Below are positions 8,167-18,861 of a stretch of 64,000 nt of DNA, piece by piece (position 1 is the first letter of the stretch; each line of letters starts with the position of its first letter). The position numbers and the translations under genes were made by a program. The stretch is from an uncultured delta proteobacterium (GTDB lineage Bacteria; Desulfobacterota; Desulfuromonadia; Desulfuromonadales; BM103): positions 119,541 to 183,540 of the forward strand of contig CAVQRZ010000023.1 in assembly GCA_963715335.1 (NCBI GenBank), in the 5' to 3' direction. The notes beneath the pieces were generated by a model. The model was not told the DNA's origin and searched no databases. It was given only the letters and a program-made list of their open reading frames with translations.

Positions 8167-9951
8167 TCAGCCCCTGTGAAAAAACTTCTCAACTTCACGT
8201 TTCGACAGACGGTGCGTAACGGGTCGACCATGAGGACAACAACTGCCAAAATCTATTTCGGCAAGATCTTTCAACAGCTGCTGCATCTCACTTGACGAGA
8301 GAGCCTGGTTGGCTCGCACCATACTGTGACAGGCCAGAACGGAGAGAACCCGTTCGATCTCGTCATCGAGTTTTCCGGCCCGCCCAATCACGTTGAGTTC
8401 TGCAGCAAGGTCGCGGACCAGTCGTTCGGCATCGACATCGGCGGCCAATGCCGGGACAGCCTTGACCGTGAAAGAACGGCCTCCGAAAGCTTCCACTTCG
8501 AACCCGAAGCGTGCAAAGTCATCGAGATGTTCGGCCATGACGGCGGCCTCACGATGTTCAAGTTCGATAACAACCGGGAAGAGCAGGTTCTGGCTTTCGA
8601 TGCCGTCCGCCGCCAGTTGACTGCGCAAACGCTCGAAGCCTATACGCTCGTGGGCGGCATGCTGGTCGATCAGGACCAGTTCATCGCCAGCCTGGCAAAG
8701 CAGATAGCTGTTGAGATATTGCCCTATCAGCCGCCAGCCATCGGGCATTGCAGGTGATTCGGATGACCATCCGGAGATTTCTCCTTTGACAGTAGAAATG
8801 GCCGAGATTATCGGTGTTCTGGCAACCTTCTCGTTGAATGCAGTCAGCGACTCCTGGATGCGTACAGGGTATTGGCCGAAGCCCGGACCTGGTGGCGATG
8901 CCGGCAACGGGGGCCTTTCGTAAGGCGTTACGCTGAAGGGTGCCGCAGGCGCAAAGGCCCCTTCATGCAACCTTTCCCGAAGCGCTGAGGTTATGAAATC
9001 GTGGACTTGTTGCTGGTTGCGGAAACGCACTTCGTGCTTGGTCGGATGAACGTTGACGTCCACAGTCTCCGGTGGCATGTCGATAAAGAGCACGGCAATT
9101 GGATAACGGCGCTTCTCAAGCAAAGTTCGGTATGCTTCCAGAATCGCATGCTGGACGACCCGGTCACGAACGAAACGGCCGTTGATGTAAGTATAAATCT
9201 GTGCTGTCGAGGAGCGGCTGACTCCCGGTGCGCCGAGCAGGCCGACCAGCATCTCACCGTTGCCGGAGTCGGCATCCACAGGGAGCAGGTCTCCGGCAAG
9301 GTTGCGCCCGAGCAGAACGGCGACCCGTTCCTCAAGACGGCCGTGCCGATAGGCGTCCAGGACGTTACGCCCGTTGTGCGACAGCCGAAAGTGAATATCG
9401 GAACGTGACAGCGCCAGGCGGGACACGACATCGGCTATGTGACCGAATTCGGTTTCATCTTTGCGCAGGAACTTGCGTCGCGCCGGTGTGTTGAAAAAGA
9501 GGTTGCGCACCTCGACAATCGTTCCTGGAGCGGAGCCAACGGCCTCAGCCTGGCGAATCGTGCCGCCCTCGGCATAGATCTGCCAACCTGATTCATCGTC
9601 GACCGAGCGGGTCGTCATTCTCAGTCTGGAGACGGAAGCTATGGCAGGCAGAGCTTCACCACGAAACCCCATGGTGTGCAAAGCAAAAAGATCGTCTGCA
9701 TTTTTGATCTTGCTGGTGGCATGTCTTTCAAGCGAGAGGAAGGCATCATCCTTCTTCATGCCGTAGCCATTGTCAGCAACCCGGACCATACTCTTCCCGC
9801 CTTTTTCAATGTCAACGAAAACTTCAGTCGCCGAGGCATCGATCGCATTTTCGATCAATTCCTTGACCACGGAAGCCGGGCGCTCGACAACTTCACCGGC
9901 GGCGATCTGGTTGGCAAGGTTTTCCGGGAGGATTTGGATTCGGTTGTTCAT
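8167..9951 (-). CDS. mutL: DNA mismatch repair endonuclease MutL
   Basis: ANQIAAGEVVERPASVVKEL, GFRGEAL, DQHAAHER, CPHGRP. Confidence 0.97.
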   Translation of the reverse strand: MNNRIQILPENLANQIAAGEVVERPASVVKELIENAIDASATEVFVDIEKGGKSMVRVADNGYGMKKDDAFLSLERHATSKIKNADDLFALHTMGFRGEALPAIASVSRLRMTTRSVDDESGWQIYAEGGTIRQAEAVGSAPGTIVEVRNLFFNTPARRKFLRKDETEFGHIADVVSRLALSRSDIHFRLSHNGRNVLDAYRHGRLEERVAVLLGRNLAGDLLPVDADSGNGEMLVGLLGAPGVSRSSTAQIYTYINGRFVRDRVVQHAILEAYRTLLEKRRYPIAVLFIDMPPETVDVNVHPTKHEVRFRNQQQVHDFITSALRERLHEGAFAPAAPFSVTPYERPPLPASPPGPGFGQYPVRIQESLTAFNEKVARTPIISAISTVKGEISGWSSESPAMPDGWRLIGQYLNSYLLCQAGDELVLIDQHAAHERIGFERLRSQLAADGIESQNLLFPVVIELEHREAAVMAEHLDDFARFGFEVEAFGGRSFTVKAVPALAADVDAERLVRDLAAELNVIGRAGKLDDEIERVLSVLACHSMVRANQALSSSEMQQLLKDLAEIDFGSCCPHGRPVTHRLSKREVEKFFHRG

Positions 9952-9980
9952 AGGCTTCAAAAGGTAAAAATTCGATTTTA

Positions 9981-10005
9981 CTTGGTGTCTTGGTGTCTTT
10001 GTGGC
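9981..10005. repeat. Octamer tandem repeat (CTTGGTGT x2 plus a variant)
   Basis: cttggtgt cttggtgt ctttgtgg c just upstream of mutL. Confidence 0.6.
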
Positions 10006-10068
10006 AACAAATCTGCTACCACAGTCTTACATGCTAACAGAGGAAACTATTAAAGGTCAGCTTTCCGC

Positions 10069-10097
10069 CAAAAAAAACGGCCGGTCATACCGGCCAT
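10069..10097 (-). terminator. Intrinsic terminator after the ExeA-like gene
   Basis: GGCCGGT-ATG-ACCGGCC then G and a long T run on the minus strand. Confidence 0.7.
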
Positions 10098-10110
10098 CTG
10101 TTGCCTGAAA

Positions 10111-11013
10111 TCATTTTTTCAGTTCCAGCTTGTCGAGCATGCTGTCGATTTCATCCAGTTCATCTTTGATTTTATCCCGGGGTGAGACGACGATCGATTG
10201 CTGCAGTAAACCGAGGTCGCCGGCCACGCTATGCGCTATGCGGTTGTCGATCATTTTCATTTTGCACAAGTAGGCTTCAAATAGACAGTTATCGCTGATC
10301 GTATTGACCAGGCGCGGGACACCGCCAGCATAACGATGGATCAAGGGGATCACTTCATCACCAAACAGTACCTGTCCGGCTCCGGCAATCTGCAGGCGGT
10401 GCTTGATATAGGAGGTCGTCGTGTCGACAGTCATTGACTTGAGGGTATACTTGACGGCAACCCTCTGTGCCAAAGGTTCATCCAGGGCCAGGCAGTCTTC
10501 AAGTTCCGGCAGGCCGAAAAACACGATATTGAGAAGTTTTTTGCCCGGCACCTCGAGATTCAGAAGGCCGCGGAATTCTTCCATGAGTTCACGGCTCTGC
10601 AGCATTTGTGCTTCATCAATTAACACCACGGCACGCCTCCCCTCAGCCTCGATTTCCAAAAGCCTGGCATAGAGCTGTTTGAGGAGCTTGAGACGATCAC
10701 CGGCTGGATCCCTGACCCCGAGCTGCAGGGCGATCCTGGTAAGGATCCACTCCGGGGTAATGCCTGAATGAACCATCACCAGAAGCGAGGACTCGTAATG
10801 CTTTTCCGGCAGGTTGTCGAGCATGCGACGGGCCAGAGTCGTCTTCCCCGTTCCGACATCACCGACCAGTACGGCCAACCCTTTGTTTGAATCAACGGCG
10901 TACATCAGCCGGATCAACGCCTGGCTGTGCTGGTCGCTGTTGTAATAAAAACGGGCGTCAGGCGCATTGGAGAAAGGTTCGCGCTCGAGTCCGTAATGTT
11001 CAAGGTAACTCAT
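10111..11013 (-). CDS. ExeA/GspA-family AAA ATPase
   Basis: YLEHYGLEREPFS, GDVGTGKTT, LIDEAQ, GGVPRLVN. Confidence 0.9.
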   Translation of the reverse strand: MSYLEHYGLEREPFSNAPDARFYYNSDQHSQALIRLMYAVDSNKGLAVLVGDVGTGKTTLARRMLDNLPEKHYESSLLVMVHSGITPEWILTRIALQLGVRDPAGDRLKLLKQLYARLLEIEAEGRRAVVLIDEAQMLQSRELMEEFRGLLNLEVPGKKLLNIVFFGLPELEDCLALDEPLAQRVAVKYTLKSMTVDTTTSYIKHRLQIAGAGQVLFGDEVIPLIHRYAGGVPRLVNTISDNCLFEAYLCKMKMIDNRIAHSVAGDLGLLQQSIVVSPRDKIKDELDEIDSMLDKLELKK

Positions 11014-11034
11014 AAACTGTCCATAAAGCTCTGG

Positions 11035-13574
11035 TTAGACATAAGACACGCGGTCACGGTCGCCCTGAGGACCGTCGTCATCGGATTCACCAAGACCCAG
11101 CTCACGACGCAGGTTTTTGATCAGCTCAGAAACGTTGCGGAAGAACGAATCCCTTTCAGCCACTAGCTGGAAAGCTTCCAGGGCCTCGAGAAGCTGACCA
11201 TTCATCTGGTAAAGCATGCCGAGTTCAAAATTCAAGGTCATGCGGCCCTCATCACTCAGGTTATCCAAGGCCAGGCCTTGTTTGAAGATCTCCATGGCCA
11301 ACTCGGTTGCACCGGATTCACTGTGGCATTGGCCGATCAAGGTTACGCAGTCGATTGCACGAGACGGGTCATGGGAGGCTTTTTCAAACTCCGCTATGGC
11401 ATCATCATAAAGACCCATTTCCTTGTAGGCAATGCCCAGGTTGAAGTGTGATTCCGTGTCTGCCGAATCGAGTTCCGAGACCGTGTTCTGAGTCAGTTCT
11501 TCATCAACCTTGCTGTCAGCACCGAAAGAATCGAGGAGATCGGTCGCGGCAAACAGATCATCATCCCGGAGGTCTGTCATAAGATCTACGAAATCAACGT
11601 GTTCGGACACTTCTTCAGCAGTTTGCAGCCTTTGGTTGATCTCACCCATCATGGCGTGCAGTTCCGGAAGATCAGGGCAGTACTCCAACAGGGTCTGAAC
11701 GACTCTTGTGGCATCCTCATAGAGTCCCTGCTGCAGGTAGAACTCAGCTTCTTCGAGCTCTGCTCCAACATTGAGAGAGGCAGCAAAACTCGATCTGTTG
11801 CCAGTTACTGCGGCGACTGCAGGAGCCGCTTCGTCGAAATCTTCGAGTTCATGAAGTTCTTCGAACTCCTCGAGTTCTTCAAGGTCTTCCACTTCATCGA
11901 GTTCTTCCAGCTCCTCGAGATCGTCCGGTCCATCGAGTGCCTCCAGGCCCTGTAGCTCTGCCAGCTCATCCGTTTCAACCGGCTCGTCAGTGCCAGTGTC
12001 GTCCAGATAAAGGCCTGCATCGAGGGCGGGGCCACGTTCGGATTCAAGGCGATGTTCTGCCCCGACGTCCACCAGGAGAACTGCGTCAACCCCGGTTTCC
12101 TTACTTTCACCAACGGTTTCTTCAGTATCGGACCCTGCCTGTCTCCCGCCGCCGAGTCATCAGCAAAATCATCGTCGAAATCGAGGGACAGGTCGCCCAT
12201 ATCGTCAAAGTCGATTTCCACTTCTACTTCCACTTCGACATCAGCATCGGCAGCCGGAACAGTTTCAGACTCCATCTGAGGCGGCCCAGGAGAATCCTTG
12301 ACTGCGTCATCGACTCCAGCGAACGGTGCTTCAAGGTCAAGATCGAGCAGGATGTCTGCGGCCGCGACCTTCTCTGCCGGGAGGCCTTGTTCCTGCATTT
12401 CAGTACTGAGTGACGGCACTTTGAGATCGGGGGAAGCTTCCTCGCCAATCATGTCCAGCTCTTCTACATCATCGATCGCTCCGTCGAGGACGGCATCATC
12501 GGCCGTCTCCTCGGGAAGATCAGAAGAGGCATAAGATCTGTCCAGGTCATCGAACTTCGACTTATCACCAACCGCCTCGTAGATGGCAGAAAGCGTATCG
12601 GCAACAACCGCATCATCGGCTAAAGACTCTTTCAGCTCTTCGTAAAAGCCCTTGAGAGCCGCGACGCGACCTGCCCGTAAAAACGCGTTTTTCCAGCTTT
12701 CGAGGCGGTCGCGGGCACGCTCGAACTCACCGAAATCGATACAAACCCTGACATAATATTCACGGAGATCGAGATCCCCCTGGTTAATTTTCAAGAGATG
12801 TTTGAGGGTGAGTCGGGCGTTGGCAAAATCCCGGCTGGCAACGTAAGCTTCAGCCAGGCACCGATTTACCTCCTGGTCTTCAGGGGCTTGTTTGAGCAGC
12901 TCCTTGAGAAGCGATATGGCCTTCTCAACCAAACCATTGCCAACCAATGCGGCAGCCAGCGGTAGACGCGACGGCCCATCTTCCGGGCAAATGTCCAGAA
13001 AGCGGTCGTAGAGCTTTATAACCTTTGCATGCTCACCCTTGGCGGACAGGGAGGCAATAAGCTCATGAAACCGCTCCAAAGCCTGGTCGTTCTGACCGGT
13101 GATCATGTAACATTCTGCAACCTTGGCCAGAACGTTGAGATTGCCCGGATCCAGTTCGGCCATCTTCTCCAGAACTTTGAGGGCTTCATGGTGCATCTTG
13201 TTCTTGTCATAGAACGAGATCAGGTTGCGATACTCGGTCAGGGCGTTGCCAACCAGCCCCTGTTTTTCATTGAGTTCTGCGAGACGATGGTAGAGATCGA
13301 CGCGTGACGAATCGATCTTCTGCATCTGTTTGTAGACCGCAATCGCCTTGAGGTAGAAGCCCGTTTCCGTGTAGTGCTTGGCAACGACTTCGTATTCCTT
13401 CAATGCATCCTCGGTGCGATTATCACGACTGAGAAGTTCGGCAAACTTCTGCCGATTGCGCACATCCTTGGGAAAAGCGCCGACCAGTTTCTGGTACTCA
13501 CCGATCGCTTTCGGCAGCTGCCCTTTTGCAAGGAATTTCTGTGCGCTTTCGAGGAGTTTGTCTTTACTTGCCAA
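11035..13574 (-). CDS. Large TPR protein with long acidic linker (frameshift near 12130-12150)
   Basis: N-terminal TPRs (ORF 11805..13574) and C-terminal TPRs (SHFNLGIAYKEMGLYDDAIAEF, ORF 11035..12072) join by one frameshift. Confidence 0.8.
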
Positions 13575-13616
13575 TGGATTCCCCTAACGGGTTAATAGCA
13601 AAAGATTTAAATGTGT

Positions 13617-13646
13617 ACTTTATATGAATAAACTTGAATGTGTCAA
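13617..13646 (-). promoter_or_regulatory. Candidate sigma70 promoter for TPR-ExeA
   Basis: TTGACA-N18-TAAAGT in an AT-rich spacer. Confidence 0.4.
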
Positions 13647-13701
13647 GCAAACAAACCTGCGCGAAGTGATGAGTTTTACTTAAAAAACAGCTAAGTAGAC
13701 A

Positions 13702-15102
13702 TTATTTGCAAGTCAGCACCTTAAAGCTCAGCCTTGCCATGATCGATGCATACTCTTCCGCTTTCTCTGCGTAATTCTGTCGCCCCATCAACGCGTAGGT
13801 AAAGTGTTTGCCCTCCTCCACCCCGGGCTGGTCCAGCGAATTGACGTCAAACAGGTAACCGGCAAAAAGGGTCTGCACTTCAAACATGTAGAGCAGAGCG
13901 CCAACCGTCTCTGCAGTAACCTCGGGGATAGTGATCGTGCAGTTCGAGCGCTGGTTTTTGACCAGCGCCGCTGCGGTTGCCTGCTGTTCGACACGCAACA
14001 GCTCCCCCATGCTGTGTCCCGCCAGGTACAACATCTGCGGTGACGACGGATACTCAGGAAAAGGCAGGTTCTGACCAAAGCTCTCGACACCGATGAAGGT
14101 GACAACCTTATCGAAAGGCCCTTCGACGTAAAGTTGCACCTGCGAGTGCTGGTCCGTGGTGCCAAGGGCGTTCACAGGAGTCGGTCCGGTGTGAATCACG
14201 GTTCCGTCCATCGCGAATTTCTTGCCGAGACTTTCTGCCCAGAGCTGGCGAAACCAGTCAGCGATGTCTCGCAGGCGATCGCTGTAGGGCATAAGCACGG
14301 AAATGCCCAGACCTTTCCGGTACGCCAGATACTGCAGTGCGGCATTAAGATAGGCCGGGTTTTTCTGCAAGTCTTCGGCACAGACATGACGTGAAAATTC
14401 AGCCGCTCCCTTGAGCAGTCCGACGATATCGACACCAACGCACGCCAACGGCAGCAGGCCGACCGGGGTGAAGACACTGAAGCGGCCACCAACACCGGCC
14501 GGGATGGCAAAGCTGCGATACCCTTCCCGTGCCGCAAGCTCGCGCAAGGCACCGTGCTGCGGATCGGTAATCATGACAAAATGATCACGGAATGAGTCAC
14601 CAACCGCCGCCTCGATCCACTCTCGCGCAACCAGAAACTGGCCGGTCGTCTCTACCGTAGACCCCGACTTGCTGATCACCAGGAAACAGGTGCGAACCGG
14701 GTTACAGAGGGAAAGGCTGGTGGCAAAACCATCGGGGTCAACATTGTCGAGAACGAACAGACGCGGCAAGCCGTTGCGTTCGGTTTTGCTCCGCAGGTTG
14801 TGACCGGGACACAAAGCGTTGAAAATTGCTGAGGTACCAAGGGCAGACCCACCGATACCAAGCACGACCAGGTCATCAAAATCGCTCTGCACCTGCTGGG
14901 CAAAACCCAAAATTTCCGCTACCGATTCAGCCTGGTACGGCAAATCATAAAATGGCAGCTCACCATTTTTGCGACGCGACTGGATCTGCTGGTGGTACTC
15001 TTTCGCCTTTGCCGCCAGGGTGGTTATCTCTTCGTCAGCGATGCCATACTCAGGACCTATGGCGCCCACCATCATATTGGTGTAATCAAGGGTAATTGTC
15101 AT
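13702..15102 (-). CDS. pgi: Glucose-6-phosphate isomerase
   Basis: GIGGSALG, SKSGSTVET, GVGGRFSV, QLWAESLGK, DQPGVEEGK. Confidence 0.96.
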   Translation of the reverse strand: MTITLDYTNMMVGAIGPEYGIADEEITTLAAKAKEYHQQIQSRRKNGELPFYDLPYQAESVAEILGFAQQVQSDFDDLVVLGIGGSALGTSAIFNALCPGHNLRSKTERNGLPRLFVLDNVDPDGFATSLSLCNPVRTCFLVISKSGSTVETTGQFLVAREWIEAAVGDSFRDHFVMITDPQHGALRELAAREGYRSFAIPAGVGGRFSVFTPVGLLPLACVGVDIVGLLKGAAEFSRHVCAEDLQKNPAYLNAALQYLAYRKGLGISVLMPYSDRLRDIADWFRQLWAESLGKKFAMDGTVIHTGPTPVNALGTTDQHSQVQLYVEGPFDKVVTFIGVESFGQNLPFPEYPSSPQMLYLAGHSMGELLRVEQQATAAALVKNQRSNCTITIPEVTAETVGALLYMFEVQTLFAGYLFDVNSLDQPGVEEGKHFTYALMGRQNYAEKAEEYASIMARLSFKVLTCK

Positions 15103-15144
15103 ATTTCACTCCAGTTGCTTCTGTAAATACAGGGGGAATCAGGG

Positions 15145-15864
15145 TTATCTCCGATCGAGGTTCTTCAATCGGTTCACTTCCGATTTTGTCAGAATTCGCG
15201 TCTGTCCGGGGGCCAGGTCTCCAAGAGTCAAAAAGGCGTAACCGATACGGACCAGTCGGCTGACCTGGTAACCCAGGGCTTCGCACATGCGTCTGACCTG
15301 GCGGTTGCGACCCTCATGAATACACAACTCGAGCCAGGTGTGGCCGCCGCGCGTACGCACCTTCTCGACCCGGGCAGGGGCAGTTATACCGTCATCCAGC
15401 AAAACACCTTGTGCAAGTTTGATTTTCACCTCGTCAGTCAACTGGCCACGGATCTTTACCAGGTAACGCTTATCTATTTGGTGACTCGGATGTGCCAGGC
15501 GATTGGCAAGATCGCCGTCGTTGGTCATTAACAAGAGTCCGGAGGTATTGATATCCAGTCGCCCGACAGGGAAAAGACGAACAGGCTGGTCCCGCACCAG
15601 GTCTGTGACAACGCGGCGTCCGTCAGGGTCATTCAGTGTCGTCACGACTCCAAGGGGTTTGTTAAGGAGAAGATAGGTCAGCTCTTCGGCAGCTCTGACA
15701 GGCTTGTCGTCAATCAGGACCTGACAGCTCTCCACGTCCGCCTGGTCGCCCAGTTTGGCAACCTGACCATTGACGCGGACCCTTCCCGCGGCAATCAGTT
15801 CTTCAGCGCGACGCCGTGAGCAGTAACCGGCGGCGGCAATTATTTTCTGCAGGCGTTGCTGCAT
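15145..15864 (-). CDS. rluB: RsuA/RluB-family pseudouridine synthase
   Basis: S4 domain RLQKIIAAAGYCSRR, PVGRLD, EGRNRQVRRM. Confidence 0.85.
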   Translation of the reverse strand: MQQRLQKIIAAAGYCSRRRAEELIAAGRVRVNGQVAKLGDQADVESCQVLIDDKPVRAAEELTYLLLNKPLGVVTTLNDPDGRRVVTDLVRDQPVRLFPVGRLDINTSGLLLMTNDGDLANRLAHPSHQIDKRYLVKIRGQLTDEVKIKLAQGVLLDDGITAPARVEKVRTRGGHTWLELCIHEGRNRQVRRMCEALGYQVSRLVRIGYAFLTLGDLAPGQTRILTKSEVNRLKNLDRR

Positions 15865-15918
15865 AATCAGATCTAAGGAACGCCCCTGTTGATCACAGAC
15901 CGCAGAAAAATCTGCGGA

Positions 15919-16872
15919 TCAATGGGTTATGGCGGCAAAAAGCAATCGGTGCAGAATCTCCGAAAGCTCCGTATTGTCCGTGCCTTTGGCATACATGGCC
16001 GTCAGGTCCGAGAAGACTCCACAGTAATGATTGACCAGACGGGGCTTATCTGTAGCAAGGTTGAAGACCAGCTTTGCCTGACCTTCCTGGTGCAGGGTTG
16101 CAAGCTCTTTGGCGTGATCCAGTTCGACGAGGCCGTCTTCGTAACGCAGGTGAGTTGTCTTATAGTTTTTTCCGAGTGTCCAGTTGGTATCGACCATTCC
16201 GTAGCAGCTCCGGCCCTGCTCGGCGAACTTGTAAATTCCAAGGCCCTGGACCTGGGCGCAACCCAGAGACTGGATAACCGTCATACGGCCATTAACCAGT
16301 TTCATTGATGCCGCGTCGATAAGACGTGACAGAGCACTGAGGCCGCTGACACCACTGTCCGTCCAGGCGCCTGCCTTGCCGACTGCACCGAGGGTCAGTT
16401 TGCCATCAATGTAATAGGGGTCAGCAAAGCAGGTATTGAAGCCGAGCAATTCACCAAGATCGAAATTGCGTGATTCCCGCTGCTCGCGCCACCAGTCGAC
16501 TTCGCGCCCGTAGGCCGGATGAAAAGCTGTATAAAGGGGTAATTTACGGGTCCGGGCGGCCGTTATCAGGGCATCCATTTCCGACTGGCTGGTACAAAGT
16601 GGTTTTTCCACAATCGCAATCCTGTCGGACTCGATGACCCGCATTGCCACTTCGAAATGGGAATATGTGGGCGTGGAAACAAGGAAGGCGTCCGCTTTCG
16701 ACTTTTGCAGCATTTTCTCCAGGTTTTCGTAGAACTGCACACTCCCCGGGAGCTCTTCGGCCTTATTGGGATCAAGGTCATGGGCATCCACCAGTTTGAT
16801 CCCTGGAGTATGGGTAATGGCCTGCATCTGGTAGTTGGCGATCTTACCGATTCCGATCAGTGCAATCTGCAT
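15919..16872 (-). CDS. Gfo/Idh/MocA family oxidoreductase
   Basis: IALIGIGKIA Rossmann motif, STPTYSH, VEKPL. Confidence 0.85.
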   Translation of the reverse strand: MQIALIGIGKIANYQMQAITHTPGIKLVDAHDLDPNKAEELPGSVQFYENLEKMLQKSKADAFLVSTPTYSHFEVAMRVIESDRIAIVEKPLCTSQSEMDALITAARTRKLPLYTAFHPAYGREVDWWREQRESRNFDLGELLGFNTCFADPYYIDGKLTLGAVGKAGAWTDSGVSGLSALSRLIDAASMKLVNGRMTVIQSLGCAQVQGLGIYKFAEQGRSCYGMVDTNWTLGKNYKTTHLRYEDGLVELDHAKELATLHQEGQAKLVFNLATDKPRLVNHYCGVFSDLTAMYAKGTDNTELSEILHRLLFAAITH

Positions 16873-17012
16873 AGAATCTCGCTCCATCCATTGATGATTT
16901 CAGTTTTCATTAACAAGTTTGTTGATCAAGTGAAGCATATTTCACGAAGTTTTTCACTGAAAAACATTACCGGGGGCCCGACACGGATCACGACTTACGA
17001 TTTCGTGCTTAT

Positions 17013-18110
17013 TCAACCCAACAGCGCATCAATAGCGTCGAAGTTGAAACGCTTGTCAGCCAGTTCCTTGATCAGGTCAATCTTCTGGGTGTCTGTGGCG
17101 TTGAGCTTGGACACGTCGTCATTGATGATATTGTAGACTTCCGCCGTATTGCAACTGACCCGCATATACGGTATGCCGCTTCGGTCAAGGATCTTCTGGG
17201 TAATCAAACTGACCTGGGCCAGGCCCGGAATCAGCAATCCGGCCAATAAGTGATGATATTCCGGAATGTTATAGATATTCGCCAGAGTTACGAGCAATTC
17301 ATCCCTGCTGCTGGTGACGATCACCAGGGAAGATTCACACAGCATCTCAGTGACCCGCTGGGTCGAAGCGGCACCGATCTGCACATGATGAACAATCTGC
17401 CCGGCAACTTCCGGGTTGCCGTGCAACTCGACACCGAGCACCTGGCTGATACGCCGCAGGGTCGGATTGGCAAGGATCGGCTGGTAATTGAACCCACCTA
17501 TCACCTTGAAAGACTCCTTGGCAAAGGCCAGGGAGAGGTAATGCAAAGTCTTTTCGCGTTTATCGGGAATAATCTTGTTGGCCAGGACAGCCCTGACCTC
17601 GGCACCCTCCTGCCTGAACAGGGCCATGTTCATGTAGGCGGCGTCGACGACATTGCCGATACCGCCACCGGTCACCATGAGAACCGGGGCGTCAGCCAAT
17701 CGCGCAATCCGTGCATTGGATAAACCGATCACCGATCCGACCCCGGTGTGCCCTGCCCCCTCTATGATGAGAAAATCGTTCTTGCGGTCGAGTTCCTCGA
17801 TTGCATGGAGGATTTTCCGTTCCTGGTCCTGGGCGGAGATTTCACCGTCGAGGATTTTCTGCGTATCCCCCGGCATCAGGACGACGGGCGACATCAACGC
17901 CAGGTCGTCTTCGAGGCCAAAGACTTCTGCCATCAAAGCCGCGTCCTTGTCTGTAACCATCTTGTTTCTGGCCACGGTCGGTTTCGGACCCAACGGCTTG
18001 ATGAAGCCGACCCGCGCGTATTTCTTGCGGGCCATATACATCAATGAGAGGCTGGTCGTGGTTTTACCGCTGTTCTGGCCGGTTGCGGCGACAAATACCT
18101 TGCGGGCCAT
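17013..18110 (-). CDS. BioD-like P-loop + DRTGG protein (Pta N-terminal-like, no catalytic Pta domain)
   Basis: ATGQNSGKTT, VGFIKPLG, IIEGAGH, VIVTSSRDELL. Confidence 0.75.
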   Translation of the reverse strand: MARKVFVAATGQNSGKTTTSLSLMYMARKKYARVGFIKPLGPKPTVARNKMVTDKDAALMAEVFGLEDDLALMSPVVLMPGDTQKILDGEISAQDQERKILHAIEELDRKNDFLIIEGAGHTGVGSVIGLSNARIARLADAPVLMVTGGGIGNVVDAAYMNMALFRQEGAEVRAVLANKIIPDKREKTLHYLSLAFAKESFKVIGGFNYQPILANPTLRRISQVLGVELHGNPEVAGQIVHHVQIGAASTQRVTEMLCESSLVIVTSSRDELLVTLANIYNIPEYHHLLAGLLIPGLAQVSLITQKILDRSGIPYMRVSCNTAEVYNIINDDVSKLNATDTQKIDLIKELADKRFNFDAIDALLG

Positions 18111-18132
18111 AAAATACTCCATAAAAAAAGAC

Positions 18133-18200
18133 GTGGCGAGTGGCGTGTAGCGCGTAGCGAGGAACGGCTCATGGCTTTTTCTCGCTACACGCTACTCTAC
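18133..18200. repeat. Heptamer-repeat inverted repeat
   Basis: gtggcga gtggcgt gtagcgc gtagcga g ... ctcgctacacgctactctac. Confidence 0.8.
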
Positions 18201-18201
18201 T

Positions 18202-18777
18202 TTAATTCCTGTCTTTCACCAGTTTCGAGATCGCCTTGAACTGGTCGTGGGTCGATTCCTTCAACATCTGGAACAGGACTGTCTCGGCAGTCGTCACAAC
18301 GGCACCGGCCTGGGCAGCACTGGCAACCGCGGCCAGGAAATCCAGCTTGCTGCGCGAGCAGATGGCATCGCGCACCAGATGCACATGGTAACCATCCTCG
18401 AGCAGGCCGAGGACCGTCTGATAGACACAGACATGGGCTTCCATGCCGGTCACGATGACCTGGCTGCGACCGGTTCCCCTGATTGCCGTCAAAAAATTCG
18501 GCTCACCACAACAGCCGAAACTGACTTTTTCTACCACATTGTCGCCGCAGGCATCGGCCAGTTCCGCGACGGTATGCCCGATCCCTTTAGGATACTGTTC
18601 CGTAGTGACGATCGGGACCCCGAGCAGCTTGGCCGCCTCGACCAGCATGGCAACCGTATTGAGCAACCGCAGATAAACCTTGTGCGGCATTGCCGGCACC
18701 AGGCGCTCCTGAATATCGATCACCACCAGGACCGCCTTGTCCGCTTCCAGCTTGAATTTCCCCATATCAGTCGACAT
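18202..18777 (-). CDS. Isochorismatase-family hydrolase
   Basis: LVVIDIQERL, TEQYPKGIG, GMEAHVCVYQT. Confidence 0.9.
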   Translation of the reverse strand: MSTDMGKFKLEADKAVLVVIDIQERLVPAMPHKVYLRLLNTVAMLVEAAKLLGVPIVTTEQYPKGIGHTVAELADACGDNVVEKVSFGCCGEPNFLTAIRGTGRSQVIVTGMEAHVCVYQTVLGLLEDGYHVHLVRDAICSRSKLDFLAAVASAAQAGAVVTTAETVLFQMLKESTHDQFKAISKLVKDRN

Positions 18778-18861
18778 TAATAGCTCCTGTGATCTGGATT
18801 GACCTTCTTCATGCCTCGCACTTCGCACTTGCCGAGAGGCTTTTCCCGCACGGGAAACCTT

